This document shows, one piece after another, positions 1 through 12,429 of a stretch of DNA of 64,000 nucleotides. A model generated the notes under the pieces. It made no database searches and was not told the origin of the DNA. It was given only the letters and a program-made list of their open reading frames with translations. This stretch comes from Octopus vulgaris (taxonomy: Eukaryota): contig OX597829.1 of NCBI GenBank assembly GCA_951406725.2, positions 17,298,001 through 17,362,000 of the forward strand. The letters are read 5' to 3'. How positions within the stretch are numbered: position 1 is the first letter of the stretch; every line of letters begins with the position of its first letter. The position numbers were made by a program, and so were the translations under genes.

Positions 1-515
1 CTGGTGGTAGTTTATTTCTTTGGATAATTGCTATGTAGAGTGTGTCTTGTTTGTGGATTGTTTTATTTAGGTTGTATTATTGAATTGATAGTGTCATTCG
101 TAGGATGTGGGCTGTACCCAGTAGGACTGTTTTTTGGATAGTATGTAATGTTGATGGTCCAGATGTAGCTTCTACACGTTTGTTCTGCCGTTCTTTAATA
201 TGTTAGCCTGGTAGTTTTTTGTAGATAGGCAATGATCTTGGGTTGCTATGATAAATAATTCTGTCTCCGATTTTAAGCCATTGATGGGTAAGGGCTTTTC
301 TTGCCATTTATCAGTAAGAAAATCTAAAGCAGCAGTTTTAGCACGGGTTTTCATACGCATAGCTTTTTCTGTGCTTGTTTCCAATTTGGAATTTTTTGCA
401 TTTGGAATCCACTTAGATATTGCTTTGCTTGTTTTGTTACTGAGTATGGTGCTTTCTTGTTTACTCGCTCCCCAAAAATTTGAGATCGTGTGTCTATGGC
501 AGAAAGGATATAAAT
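1..515 (-). mobile_element. Degenerate, internally deleted R4/Dong-like RLE LINE fragment (C-terminus and 3'UTR)
   Basis: ORF 172..531 contains WQEKPL..GLKSETELFIIATQDHCLSTKNYQ, matching WQEKPL..GLKAETEGFLIAAQDQSLPTRNYQ of the 23-26 kb element. Bases ~80-170 read ..IQKTVLLGTAHILRMTLSIQ* on minus, versus IALLGTAHILRRTLSIQ*. Confidence 0.85.
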
Positions 516-565
516 AGTTTGAATTATTCACACTTCAAAGAATTTCTCTCAACACATGGCTCTGA

Positions 566-1354
566 ATATTGTGTCATCTCTTCGCTATGGTGTGACGAGG
601 GAGAGTTCTAAACAGGAGTAAGTAATCAGGGAGTTTGTCAGTATAAGAGAGATAATCAAAAAAGTTGGGAATGATTAAGTTTTATTAATTTAACATGATT
701 TGGTTTTGATAGAATAAAATGTTAGAAGTGGTTAAGTTTTGCTTTATATTTTTCAATGAGGTAAGTTTCCATACTTAAAAATGTTAGAGATGGTCAAGTT
801 TTGGCTTATATTTTTCAATGAAGTAGGATTCCTTATTTAATTTAACTTGTGTTGGTGTTCTAATGGCACATTGATAAAATGGAAAGATTACAAATTGTGG
901 TGAAGCTGCTTTGCGCATTTCTCAATATGGGAATGCAATCTGCTGTCGGTGCAGAATGCATCTGCATCTGAGCAATAATCCCGTGGACCCTATGTAGTTT
1001 TAGTGGCAGCCCGAGCATCTTATAACATAAATCAGGTTTTCTGAGGCACAAGTAAAATCACATTTGATTTTGAATTTTCTCCCTATTTAAAAAAGAATAC
1101 AGATCCTTCTAGAAAGTTTGGCCATGTTGTACAATTTGGTCGACCACATTTTTTTCTCTTTTGTGTCTGTTATTTTAGAAAATAATTTTACCTTTATGAA
1201 GATCTGTTTTAGTGATTTCGGTTGTTTGTGGCATTTAAAGATCTTATGTGTGAGTGTAAAATTTCCTTTAATTTGGGGTCCTTACGTAACATTCGTAGAT
1301 TTCGGGTGATGGAACTCTCCTATATCACACCATAGCGAAGAGATGACACAATAT
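566..1354 (-). mobile_element. Penelope-like element remnant (GIY-YIG endonuclease) bounded by an inverted repeat
   Basis: Minus strand ~1310->890 reads, across a frameshift and stops, KQPKSLKQIF..KKCGRPNCTT..CDFTCASENLIYVIRCSGCH*NYIGSTG..LRCRCILHRQ. A perfect 30-bp inverted repeat lies at 566-595/1325-1354. Confidence 0.85.
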
Positions 1355-2485
1355 CGGTAAAGAAATTTGAGAAATTTGAAAAGAAAATACGAAACCGGTT
1401 ATTTCTCCCAAAACAATATCACTACACACAAAATTTTATAACATTTTCCTAACATGACGATTTAGATATATTCTTTAACCATATAATACTAATCTTGTGT
1501 AGTTTTTTCATTCTATTTTGTTTATATATATATATATATATAAGCCTTGCGACGTTAAGCCGAAATTAATACGTAGTAGGACCATGGTAGTCAACGGTAA
1601 TTTGTACATATCTTTTACGACATTTTTTTACGTTACCCTTAAGTTATTAAGATCTAATTTTTACTTTGCAAATTTTTTATTTTTATCATTCTTATCATTT
1701 GTAAATTTTCTTTTTGCATTTTGTTTTTCGTACTTGTGTATGTCCACTTTTAACTATAGTTTTTATTCGAATATATTTATTTGTCATGGCTTTCATTATA
1801 TCATCACAAGTATATATTTTATTTTTATCCCAACATATTATTAATTTTATATGAATTTTTAGAGACATAAGTTACGTGAGAATTTAGTTTTTGTAAATTT
1901 TTAATTAAAAAAATATTTTTTATTATTTCTATTTTTTATTTTTTTAATTCTTATTAATTTTATTTGAATTAAATTATGGCTTGCACAGTAAGGTCCGGCG
2001 AACCTATTTACACATAAACATACTTATATGTTAAAATTAAAATATATAGTATTTGGTATCGAACTATGATAAAGGTATTTAGAGGCCTGATGTTTTGGGT
2101 TACATTTTAAGAAAGGTTCCTGTAAAACACTGCGTGCTTAAGGAACCCTAAAAGAACCTCAAGAAACACGTGTAGTGAGAAATGAGTAGTAAGTATTAAA
2201 TTAAAATTCTTTTATATGGTGTGATGAAGGGGACTACTATCTCTAAATAACATATATATTTCCTCATTGAGAATGATTTGAACCCGTGATGCCGGAATTT
2301 TTATTCCCTAATAAATGAAATAATATATATATATATACGTATATATATATATATTTAAAATAGAAAATTACCCTTTAACAGGTAATTTTTACATGCTAGA
2401 AATAGCAGCCAACACGGCCAAAAACACAATTTAATAGCAAATTTCGAAGTAAATGAAAAATAAAAACTTTTACCTTGTTATTTAA

Positions 2486-2596
2486 CGGTTATACCATGGT
2501 TTCGAATTCCTTTAGCAAATAAGATTATTTGCCATCCTTGAATAGGTAATTTAGCAAAACAATATTACCCACCAGGCGAATTCTCGTCAGTAACCG
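2486..2596 (-). ncRNA. Type I hammerhead ribozyme, intact catalytic core
   Basis: Minus strand: CGGTTA-CTGACGA-GAATTC-(68 nt)-GAATTC-GAAAC-CATG-GT-A-TAACCG. Stems I and II are 6 bp each, stem III is the palindrome ACCATGGT, and the cleavage triplet is GUA. Confidence 0.85.
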
Positions 2597-2630
2597 GCCT
2601 CAATAACTAACTTATAATTCAGAGACAAGA

Positions 2631-2740
2631 TAACACGTGTCCCATCATTATATGTTATAATTTTTCAAAATATAACATATTTTGAAAAATAACACGTGTC
2701 CTATCATTATATGTTATATGTTATAATTTTTCAAAATATA
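2631..2740. repeat. Short tandem duplication (~45 bp)
   Basis: taacacgtgtcc(c/t)atcattatatgttata..atttttcaaaatata occurs twice. Confidence 0.8.
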
Positions 2741-2829
2741 TATATACATATATATATGTATATATATACGTATATATACATATAAACATACATATACATA
2801 CATGCATTTATATACATATAGTTAGCTAG

Positions 2830-3045
2830 CTAGAAAGATAGATATGTGTTTGTATCTGAGTTCGTCCTTACTCCCGTTGTTATTTATATCTTTGTAACTT
2901 AGAAGTTCAACAAAAAGGATGGTAGAATAAGAATATGCTTCGAAAAAGAAGCTCTGGGTTCGATCGATAGTTTCGATTGAAACACTCTTAAATGCAATGG
3001 CCCAACGTGGCCACAGTCCAATAGTTGAAACATGTAAAACGTAAA
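2830..3045 (+). mobile_element. Old SINE type B, 3' half
   Basis: Degenerate match to the type B tail (agaataag..ctggg.tcgat..tggccacagtccaatagttgaaaca). Confidence 0.6.
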
Positions 3046-3418
3046 ACCCAAATAAGAATTTGCATAAATTTCTATATAATGATATTTTTGTGTAGGAAAG
3101 ATTTTAAATATATATTTAGGCTTTTCAACACGCTTGCATTGAAGAACGAAGATTTAGTTTTTAAAATCTGTTCAAAAAAATATGAAAATGGAATTTGCAT
3201 TGAAATAACTTTTTAGGGTGGTGCTAAAGATAGCATATGGCTAAATTTGACTTTTGTTTTGGTTAATATATTTCTAAAAGAAAAGTTGGGTCATGTCAAA
3301 ACGTGGCTCTTCACAAGGCGTGTATTATACGCGATCGTTGTAGGTGGTCCGTGGCATACCCACTGTGCACGCACAAACACATATTCATATGTATATTTAC
3401 ATACTACCATGTGCACGG

Positions 3419-3477
<59 letters not shown>

Positions 3478-3535
3478 AGTATATATATATATAAATAACT
3501 ATATATAACTATATATATATAAGTATATATATATT

Positions 3536-3571
<36 letters not shown>

Positions 3572-4577
3572 TATAATTATATATATGTATATGCATACAC
3601 ACGCACACATACATATACACTCGTGCATGTGCTTGTGTGCGTTACTACATGTATGCATACATGCATAAGTATTTCTTCCAGTTCTTACAAAATGGTCGCG
3701 TTGTTTCAGTATGTATGTAACCGTAGCCATGTTTTATAGAATAACATATTCTAATAATACTCTGTTCAGCATTGATTTGTTTCCGAATTTGGAACCAGTC
3801 CTCCTTTTTCGTCTCTCTTACTCTCCCTCATCATATATGTACATACCGTAATGTTTTGAATTTTTCATTTGCACAAATATGAATTTTTTTTTCTACATGG
3901 AACGTTTCTTAGGGAAGCATCTTAATTGTTGTTTATGTATACTAACCCGATGCATTAAGTCTGATTCCCGCAGTCATGCGAGACCCAATCCTGGTTTCCC
4001 TTCATTTCTGATTAAACATATACTAAACAAATAATGAAACTCTTTGAATTACCTATACATCAACTTGAGACACGAAGAACCACGCCGAGGATACATCAGC
4101 GTAGTTCTATGAGCTTTTAGAAATAGCAACTTAATGTTCCTCAGACAACATCCTACTGTGTAAAAAAGAAAATAATGCATTGTATAGTGTCCGTGTGACA
4201 ATATAGTTGAAATTAAAAACAAAAGGCAGAAATATCAGAGAGGCATAGTATGAATTGCTTTGAACATAATTTGATTGTATAAAGACCAAATTGAGGTAAA
4301 ACTGGTATAAAAAAATGTAACCAGCTATTTCCAACTTTCTTTCTATACCCAGCATTTCATCTGAGGTTAAATTCAATCCTATATAAACATATTAACAACG
4401 ATTCCTAATTTCTGAACAAGGGCAGCTATTTTTCGGAGAAATGTGTCCGACGATGCCATCAACCACAATGTTTCACTGATGCTTTTATTTTATTTTACTT
4501 GACAGTATGGAGCGTGAAGATGATTTCGGTGTGAATTCAATTCAGGATGTTAAAATCCGCAAGAAATATCTCAAGGT

Positions 4578-4715
4578 ATTTTTTTCCGATGTTCTAACTT
4601 TTGTAACAAGTTAGCCATCCTGCCTTATAAAAAACACCAGATATACCATACCAGCCGGTATTTTTATAAGGCAGGATGGCTAGCTTGTCAAATACGTTAG
4701 AACGGCAGAAAAAAA
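4578..4715. repeat. Fold-back inverted repeat made of SINE-head-like arms
   Basis: caagttagccatcctgccttataaaaa pairs with tttttataaggcaggatggctagcttg, with imperfect outward extension. Confidence 0.75.
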
Positions 4716-4741
4716 CCCCCACCAGTTGTACCATACCGAGT

Positions 4742-5080
4742 GAAGGTGCATGGATCAGTGGTTAGATTGTCGGGCTCGCAAACATGAGTTAGTGAGTTCG
4801 ATTCCCGAACCGGGATGTATGTTGTGATTTTGAGCAAAACACTTTATTTAACGTTGCTCTAGTTCATTCAATTGTAGAAATGAGTTGTAGCATCTCTGGC
4901 ACCAAACTGTATCGGTTTTTGCCTTTCCCTTGGACAAAATCGGTGGCGTGGAGAGGGGAGGATTGTATGCATGGGCGATAACTGTCTTCCATAAACAATC
5001 TTGCTCGAACTTGTGCCTCAGAAGGCAACATTCTATCTGCATTCCCATAGTCATTCATCATCGAAGGGGGTCTTTACCCA
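4742..5080 (+). mobile_element. tRNA-derived SINE type D
   Basis: A-box tggatcagtgg and B-box gagttcgattccc. Body and tail are shared with 56467-56800 and 14227-14410. Confidence 0.8.
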
Positions 5081-5799
5081 TTACCTTTTCCCAAACCAAC
5101 ACTTATTCTTCGGTTCTTCATAGTCTTACTCTTTATGATGGCAGTTAACCCATAAAAACGTGTACATAACATCATAAGGTCGAGTAAATTCTCGTATCAT
5201 TATCATTCATGTTCTTAGTGAGCAGGAAAAAGCTATTTATATATTAAAATCATAACTTTGGACAACTAGCAGTAAACATTTACTGTTGCTGCAAATAATT
5301 AAAACTGCACAAGTGGCGAGGACTACTTGCATTTGTCTCTGTATTCTGTTGACAAACAGACACACATGAAATAAAGTGAATGAGGAATACTTAATATATT
5401 GAGAAAAAAACCCAGAATATAAGGGCTTTTATATAAGGACTTTTTGTGTAGAAAAAGGCTATAGTATAATGATTTATAAGGGATGACGTAACTGAATTAT
5501 TTGGTATTTTAGTAAAAACAAGCAACACAAAAAAGTTTAATTTAAAAAATTTCCTTGAAAAAAATTCAACGAAAATATAAACACGTTACGTTAAAAGAAT
5601 AAAATATTAAAAGCGTTCGAGTTCTTTAAAAACTTCCATTCCGCCACAGGAGTCTTCTTAATTCGAAATCCAAATTTTTATTTCATCACGAATTAACTGC
5701 AAAAGAATAATTTTAATGGATTTGCCTTCCAAATATATTAATATGTAATCTGACAGCGAATACATTAATTTTATCATTATTACTTCTTTCTCCCTCTAC

Positions 5800-5950
5800 T
5801 ACGCCGAGCAAAATGCTTATCGCCATTTTCTCCGTCTTTACGTTCTGAGTTCAAATTCGCAGAGGTTGACTTTACCACAATGAGGTCCCTGTAATCGATT
5901 TAATCCCATTCCGGAAATTTCTGACCTTGTGCCAAATTTTGAAGCCAATA
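5800..5950 (+). mobile_element. Degenerate SINE type A variant
   Basis: Contains cgttctgagttcaaattcgcagaggttgacttt. Confidence 0.65.
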
Positions 5951-6069
5951 TGATAATTATAATTAAATTTTCTTGTCCATTCTCTCAGATTCAGCCTCGT
6001 GTATTATATTTTAAAGTATTCGTTCGTTACAAGATCCTCAGACCACCGAAAACGTAAGAGCTACTTGAA

Positions 6070-6372
6070 TTAAATGTTTTGTGACTAATTTCACTTTTGC
6101 ACGTACTAGGCGGTGGTCAGTCCAACACTCAGCTCCACGAAGAACACGAACACACTGCACACCTTGTCTGTCACGCATCCTAACAGGGATGTAATCCAGA
6201 ATATGCCATTCTTTAGATGCAGGGTGCATCCATGTGGTCTTAAACTTATTGTTTTGTTGAAACATGGTATTGGTAACACACAGACGCAGCTCCTCACACA
6301 TCTGCAGCAAAAACATGCCAATACTATTACACTTTCCCACCCTATGCTTTCCAATTTTCTCCTTATATCAAT
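6070..6372 (-). mobile_element. RTE-clade LINE fragment (AP endonuclease C-terminus)
   Basis: GKCNSIGMFLLQMCEELRLCVTNTMFQQ..KTTWMHPASKEWHILDYI..RGAECWTDHRLV, the typical RTE APE motifs. Confidence 0.88.
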
Positions 6373-6406
6373 CTTATATACATACATACATACATACATA
6401 CATACA

Positions 6407-6442
<36 letters not shown>

Positions 6443-6505
6443 TATTAGTCGAGGCGTCATATATTCAGTAAAAAGCATACTCTAAAGCATAGAGCAGTAA
6501 TGTAT

Positions 6506-6633
6506 ATACATGTAGTTAAGTCTATGTTCGGTCATAGAGTGACCAATGGTTTCGCATCATCCATAAAGGGCTAAGCCCTATGGCTGGGAAATCATTGTTC
6601 ACTCTATGACCGAACATAAACTTAACTGCATAT
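6506..6633. mobile_element. Palindromic MITE-like element
   Basis: ~47-bp arms (tgtagttaagtctatgttcggtcatagagtgaccaatggtttc / gaaatcattgttcactctatgaccgaacataaacttaactgca) in TA-rich flanks. Confidence 0.7.
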
Positions 6634-6980
6634 AAATAACACATATATACAATATATATGTGTGTGTGGTGGGGTGTAGAAAAGTATTACCAATGAGAAG
6701 TATACAGGTATGTGGGGAGAGAATTCCAGGATTTCCCATAATCAGAATAAGATTGGTTTTAAAATGTAAGGATAGGTGTAAAGAAACAGTGAAGAGAGCT
6801 TTCTGTAAAGACACACACAAACACACTCAGATACACACACACACATGTACATATATATATGTATGTTTATAAGGGTCATTTGATCACATGGGAGAGGGAT
6901 GGGAAGGAGAAGGTTAGAAAGGTTTAGGATACACTATATACATGATTTTTGTGTATGTTTATGTATATACATATATATAT

Positions 6981-7163
6981 AATTATAAATTAGGGTATCT
7001 ACGAGATATCACCATGCTGAAAATAGCAGCCATGATCTAGTTTAATCTTGTGTCTTTGTTTGTTCTCCGTGTTGATATATGGACAATTTAGGTGGTTTTA
7101 AAGTCAGATCATGGCTGCTATTTTCAGCATGGTGGTATCTCGTAGATACGCTAATTTATAATT
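6981..7163. repeat. Inverted repeat (~58-bp arms), probable Penelope inverted terminus
   Basis: aattataaattagggtatctacgagatatcaccatgctgaaaatagcagccatgatct and its near-reverse complement at 7106-7163. The tgct(a)gaaatagcagcc motif also occurs at ~2395, next to the HHR. Confidence 0.75.
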
Positions 7164-7253
7164 TTAATAATTATTACCTTTGAAGGTTATTTTTTCCATG
7201 TTGACCACTTGATAGAATCGTTGTTTTATTTTTAAATTAACGATCTTATCCTT

Positions 7254-7360
<107 letters not shown>

Positions 7361-7858
7361 CATATATATACACAGACGCAACAATTAGACAAATTACAGA
7401 AGCTACACACATAATAGAAGATAAACCTAGCCTGAATAAGAAACTGGAATGGAACACTAGCACCCCCTCCTCAACACACCACAACATATGACAGAATAAG
7501 ATACCCATAAACTGATAACAATATAAACAAAACATAAAAACATAATAAAATACACAGATAAACAAATGGAATTAAATAACTATATACATTAACGAAATTT
7601 AAAAAAAATTAATTTAATTAAATACAAAAAAATAAAAAGTAGGTATAAACACATGAACAAAAGAAACCCAAATTACACGAACGTGTATAAACATGAGATA
7701 CAGATAATGCAGGACCTTCCACCCACACATTAAGTAAACATAGACACACATAGAGGTATACGCATGCGCAAATAAAGACACACAGAATAAGAATACAAAA
7801 TACACAATGGCTGATTGTTAGTAAGGAGAGACACACAAATAAGAAAGAAGAAAGCAAA

Positions 7859-7903
7859 GGACCGCTGATGAGGTCACAGAAGAGTGACGAAAGAACTCTG
7901 GCC
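7859..7903 (+). ncRNA. Minimal hammerhead-like motif (GTCAC/GTGAC family)
   Basis: GGACCG-CTGATGA-G-GTCAC-agaaga-GTGAC-GAAAG-AA-CT-C-TGGCC. Relatives lie at 27497-27541 and ~21372-21416. Confidence 0.65.
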
Positions 7904-8108
7904 GAAATAAGATTAAGATTAATGAAAAAAATAAATAAAGCTGAAGCAAATTAACTCCCAATATATAGTGCGTGTGTTTTTATTGGCTAAACTGGCAAAA
8001 TGACCATTCCTAAATTCAACAATATATATATATATATATATACATTCACATAGACATGCATACGTACACACACACACACACGCGTACACACACATACATA
8101 CACATACA

Positions 8109-8163
<55 letters not shown>

Positions 8164-8248
8164 TATATTTATATATAATATGAGGGAATATTATTCCAAA
8201 CTTACAGAATAAAATTCTATTTAGAAATACTAAATCAAATTTCACAAA

Positions 8249-8325
<77 letters not shown>

Positions 8326-8327
<2 letters not shown>

Positions 8328-8518
8328 TTCGACACGAAAGGAAAAGGAAGATGCAGAACCGTGGTTGTGTTATAAGAAGCTTGCTTTCCAGCCTCACAGT
8401 CCCGCGTTCAATCCCAGTACGTGGTACTTTGGGCAAGTGTCTTCCAAGTCCACAATGACTAGAAACACAGCAGCAACAACATTAAACATTTTGAATTACA
8501 TGTTTCATTTTATTTCTC

Positions 8519-8527
<9 letters not shown>
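8326..8527 (+). repeat. Local duplicate of 10341-10737 lacking ~190 bp; includes a SINE B head
   Basis: Near-identical unique sequence (ccaagtccacaatgactagaaacacagcagcaacaacattaaac..ctcatatttcat) is present in both. Confidence 0.85.
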
Positions 8528-8577
<50 letters not shown>

Positions 8578-8736
8578 TAGAAAACAACCACCTTTTATCA
8601 ATTCAATAATGAAAAATTGAATTATACCATTTAGAAATATTACATATTATAGAAAGATTAAATATAAGATAAAACATATAACAATGATTAAGTAATGTGC
8701 AAAATAATAAATAAAAACGTATATATTTGGTAAAAT

Positions 8737-8838
8737 AACGACACGTGTTTAGTGGCTATATTTAAGAAATGATAATAGTAAAAATAATAGTAGTAGTAGT
8801 AAAATCACTTCAATATAAATATAGCCACTCATCAGGTT
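8737..8838 (-). ncRNA. Hammerhead ribozyme relic (G12 mutated)
   Basis: Minus strand: AAC-CTGATGA-GTGGCTATATTT-(loop)-AAATATAGCCAC-TAAAC-ACGT-GT-C-GTT. Stem II is 12 bp and stem III is the palindrome ACACGTGT. Confidence 0.7.
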
Positions 8839-8959
8839 TAAGATGACTATAATAATAAAAGAATTAATTCGATAAATTAATAAATATACGTAAATAATCT
8901 TGTAAAATACAAAATATCTTAACAAATATATTCTTGTTTAAAAAATACGATACAATTAA

Positions 8960-9335
8960 TTACTCTTTTACTCTTTTACTTGTTTCAGTCATTTGACTGT
9001 GGCCATGCTGGAGCACCACCTTTAGACGAGCAAATCGACCCCGGGACTTATTCTTGTAAGCCCAGTACTTATTCTATCGGTCTCTTTTGCCGAACCGCTA
9101 AGTGACGGGGACGTAAACGCACCAGCATCGGTTGTCAAGCAATGCTAGGGGGACAAACACAGACACACAAACACAGACACACATATATATATACATATAT
9201 ACGACAGGCTTCTTTCAGTTTCCGTCTACCAAATCCACTCACAAGGCATTGGTCGGCCCGGGGCTATAGCAGAAGACACTTGCCCAAGATGCCACGCAGT
9301 GGGACTGAACCCGGAACGATGTGGTTGGTTAGCAA
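8960..9335 (-). mobile_element. SINE type B (tRNA-like head, internal microsatellite, GAGTAAAA-repeat tail)
   Basis: Reverse complement of the full copy at 36486-36883. Confidence 0.9.
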
Positions 9336-10060
9336 GATTAAAATATTTAAAACAAATATATATTTATATAAAACATGTACGCATGTATAGTATTGGTATA
9401 TCCCATTTATGTTCAATAGAAATTAAATAAATAAAGAATTTTGACATGTACGAATATTTATTTCCCCCCACTGTATTTAATAAACATCTAAGTAAAATCC
9501 TATACTCATTAAGTAATTTATATTAAAAACCTTAATGTTAAGTAATATACATAATGCTAGTACAATCTGTAAATATTAGAATTAAAAATAGGAAATGGTT
9601 CAAATATATACACACCGATTAGATAAACTAACTATATTATTAATATATATGTAGTATCTATAGATTTAATATTTTACTCAATAAAATAGTTGACCAAAAT
9701 ATCAGTTAATATAAAACTAATTTACTTAAATGTAATACTACGTAATAAATAAACTACCTAACTATTAAATAATGTATTGTCTTACAAAACTAATTCTCAA
9801 ATTAAATTATATGTAATACGTTAAATCACATTATAAAAATAATAATAAAGCATAATAAATAAATAGATATAGATATCATAACTAATAATTATCAAGAAAT
9901 TTTAAATTTAATATTTTAGCAACAATAATAATAACAATAGTAATAATGAAACTTGTCGATGAAAATAATATAACTATATAATAATATATATACCACGCAC
10001 CAGATTATGTACAGTTACAAACACTCATGAGCATAAACAAATATATAACAAAACTAATAA

Positions 10061-10123
<63 letters not shown>

Positions 10124-10195
10124 AATGTGTGTGTCTGTGTGTGTGTGTCGATGTGTGTATGTGTGTGGCTTTTTTGTCAATTTGTTCATTGCATA

Positions 10196-10445
10196 AGAAG
10201 AGTGGCTGAAGCTGAAAGCCCTGAGAGTTCTGATGAGAAACCACGACTAAATTTGTAACCAGCGCCAGATCTGAGACGAGGCCATTTGGACAAGGGTATG
10301 CAAATTATTCTGGACCACATTCTAAGGGTGATGTAAGATGCGTTCGACATGAAAGAAAGGAAAAGGAAGATGCTGAACCGTCCCAATAGGAGACGGCATC
10401 AGATGGCTGAATTGAGGCAGGAGCTAAGGGCAGCTGAAGAAAAGA
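10196..10445 (+). mobile_element. Possible decayed non-LTR (R2/Hero-like) coding fragment
   Basis: A GC-richer island reading ..KERKRKMLNRPNRRRHQMAELRQELRAAEEK with in-frame stops. The resemblance is from memory only. Confidence 0.3.
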
Positions 10446-11094
10446 TAGTACAATTAAAACAAAATTAAATTTTGAATTAAAAACTGTTCTGATAATATAA
10501 ATAGCATCGGTGTCACATACATAGTACGCAGAACATCAGCAAAGTGACTTTGCGCTATTTGCACAGGCGTGGCTGTGTTATAAGAAGCTTGCTTCCCAGC
10601 CTCACAGTCCCGCGTTCAATCCCAGTACGTGGTACTTTGGGCAAGTGTCTTCCAAGTCCACAATGACTAGAAACACAGCAGCAACAACATTAAACCATTT
10701 CGAATTACATGTTTCATTTTATTTCTCATATTTCATCATAAAATAGCGTTATAAAATCACTTATAAAATTGTTATAAAATTACATAAGTAAAAATTATTC
10801 TTATAAAATTATTCGTTATAAAATCATTAAGCTTTTGAAAGGGAAATACATTAATATTTCTGTTTTAGCAGTTAATTAGTTTTGAAATAAATTAGTATTT
10901 CAAAGGAAAGAAGATTCCTGTTGTGAAATGAAACTTTTAAATAAATTAACAAACGTTCTTTATGTTTTATTTATTTTTTAATGAAAAATACTTAAACGTA
11001 TACATTTTGATGATTTCTAAAAAGAATAAAATTAAAATGTACACGGTTAGCAACGAAAAGAAATTTTAACAAATTCGTAATAAGTTTAAAAAAT

Positions 11095-11279
11095 AGGCGT
11101 GGCTGTGTGGTAAGAAGCTTGCTTCCCAACCACATGGGTTCATCCCCACTGCGTGGCACCTTGGGCAAGTGTCTTCTACTATAGCGTCGGGTCGACTAAA
11201 ACCTTGTGAGTGGATTTGGTGGACGGAAACTGAAAGAAGCCCGTCGTATATATATATGTATATATATATATACACACAA

Positions 11280-11314
<35 letters not shown>

Positions 11315-11550
11315 TGTATCTATGTATGTATGCATGTATGTTTGTATATATTCATATATATTTGTGTGTGTGTCTCCTCGCCATCGCTCGACAACCGATG
11401 TTGGTGTATTTACATACCCGTACTTAGCAGTTCGGCAAAATAGACCGTTAGAATAAGAACTAGGCGTATAAAGAATAAGTCATGGGGATGATTTCTTCGA
11501 CTATAAGCAGTATGACCGAAGTCAAATGACTGAAACAAGTAAAAGAATAT
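11095..11550 (+). mobile_element. SINE type B
   Basis: Head ggcgtggctgtgtggtaag..ccttgggcaagtgtctt, an internal (TATG)n tract, and tail gtcaaatgactgaaacaagtaaaaga. Confidence 0.9.
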
Positions 11551-11649
11551 GAAAAATAAATGAATTCTGTGCATCTTTCTCCTTATAGTTCCTTAATTTC
11601 AATTTCAAATTTATGTGCCTCATATTATAACGAAATTATCATCATCTTG

Positions 11650-11922
11650 TGAAAGCGTGTGGCTTTGTGTTTCGGGTGTTCGGCACACGATCGTAAGGTC
11701 GTGAATTCTATTCCCGGCGGTTTGTTGTGTCTTTGAGTGGTACCTGTATTTCAAAGGGTCAGCCTTGTCACACTCTGTGTTACGTTGAATCTCCCTGAGA
11801 ACTACATTAAAGATGTGAATATATCTGGGGAGTGCTCAGCCACATGCACGTTAATTTCATGAGCAGGCTGTTCCGTTGATCGGATCAACTGGAACACACG
11901 TCGTCGTAACCGACAGAGTGCT
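11650..11922 (+). mobile_element. tRNA-derived SINE type E
   Basis: Homologous to 62285-62604 and to 29410-29727 (minus). Confidence 0.8.
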
Positions 11923-12429
11923 AGTAGTATCTCCCTTCCAATAGCTACGACCACAATCCAGCAATCCAAAAGTATTTACAAAAAGGCTTTACATATTAGG
12001 CGTGTTTTGCTAAAACTTGTTTGCATTTTCCCTCCATCAAGTCGTTATATTCAGGATTTATTTTCTGAAGAAAATACATTTTTTGTTTTTGTTTTTTAAA
12101 CCAAAAATTCTCAGTATTTGTTAGGCATGATCGAAAAATTTTACTTTGGAAACACGTATTTTCGGGCTCAGTCCCGAAGCATGGCATCTTGAATAAGTCT
12201 TCTATTATATTTTTGGAACAAGCAATAAGTTGCGAGTGAAATTTTTCAGACAGAAACTGCGCGTGTTCACTTATATATTACATGGGAAAATTCTAGCAAG
12301 TGAAATAATATTCTTAAGGTTATAAATCTGGGAAATTACAAGACAAGTTATTACACTTGGAAAAGTTCAGGACAGCTTATTACATCTGATAAAGTACAGA
12401 GCAAGAAAATATTTGCTTAAAATATTGCA

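Noticed and set aside
2083-2178. CTGATG ... GAAACACGTGTA possible HHR
   Set aside because: The core is incomplete and stems I and II cannot be drawn convincingly.
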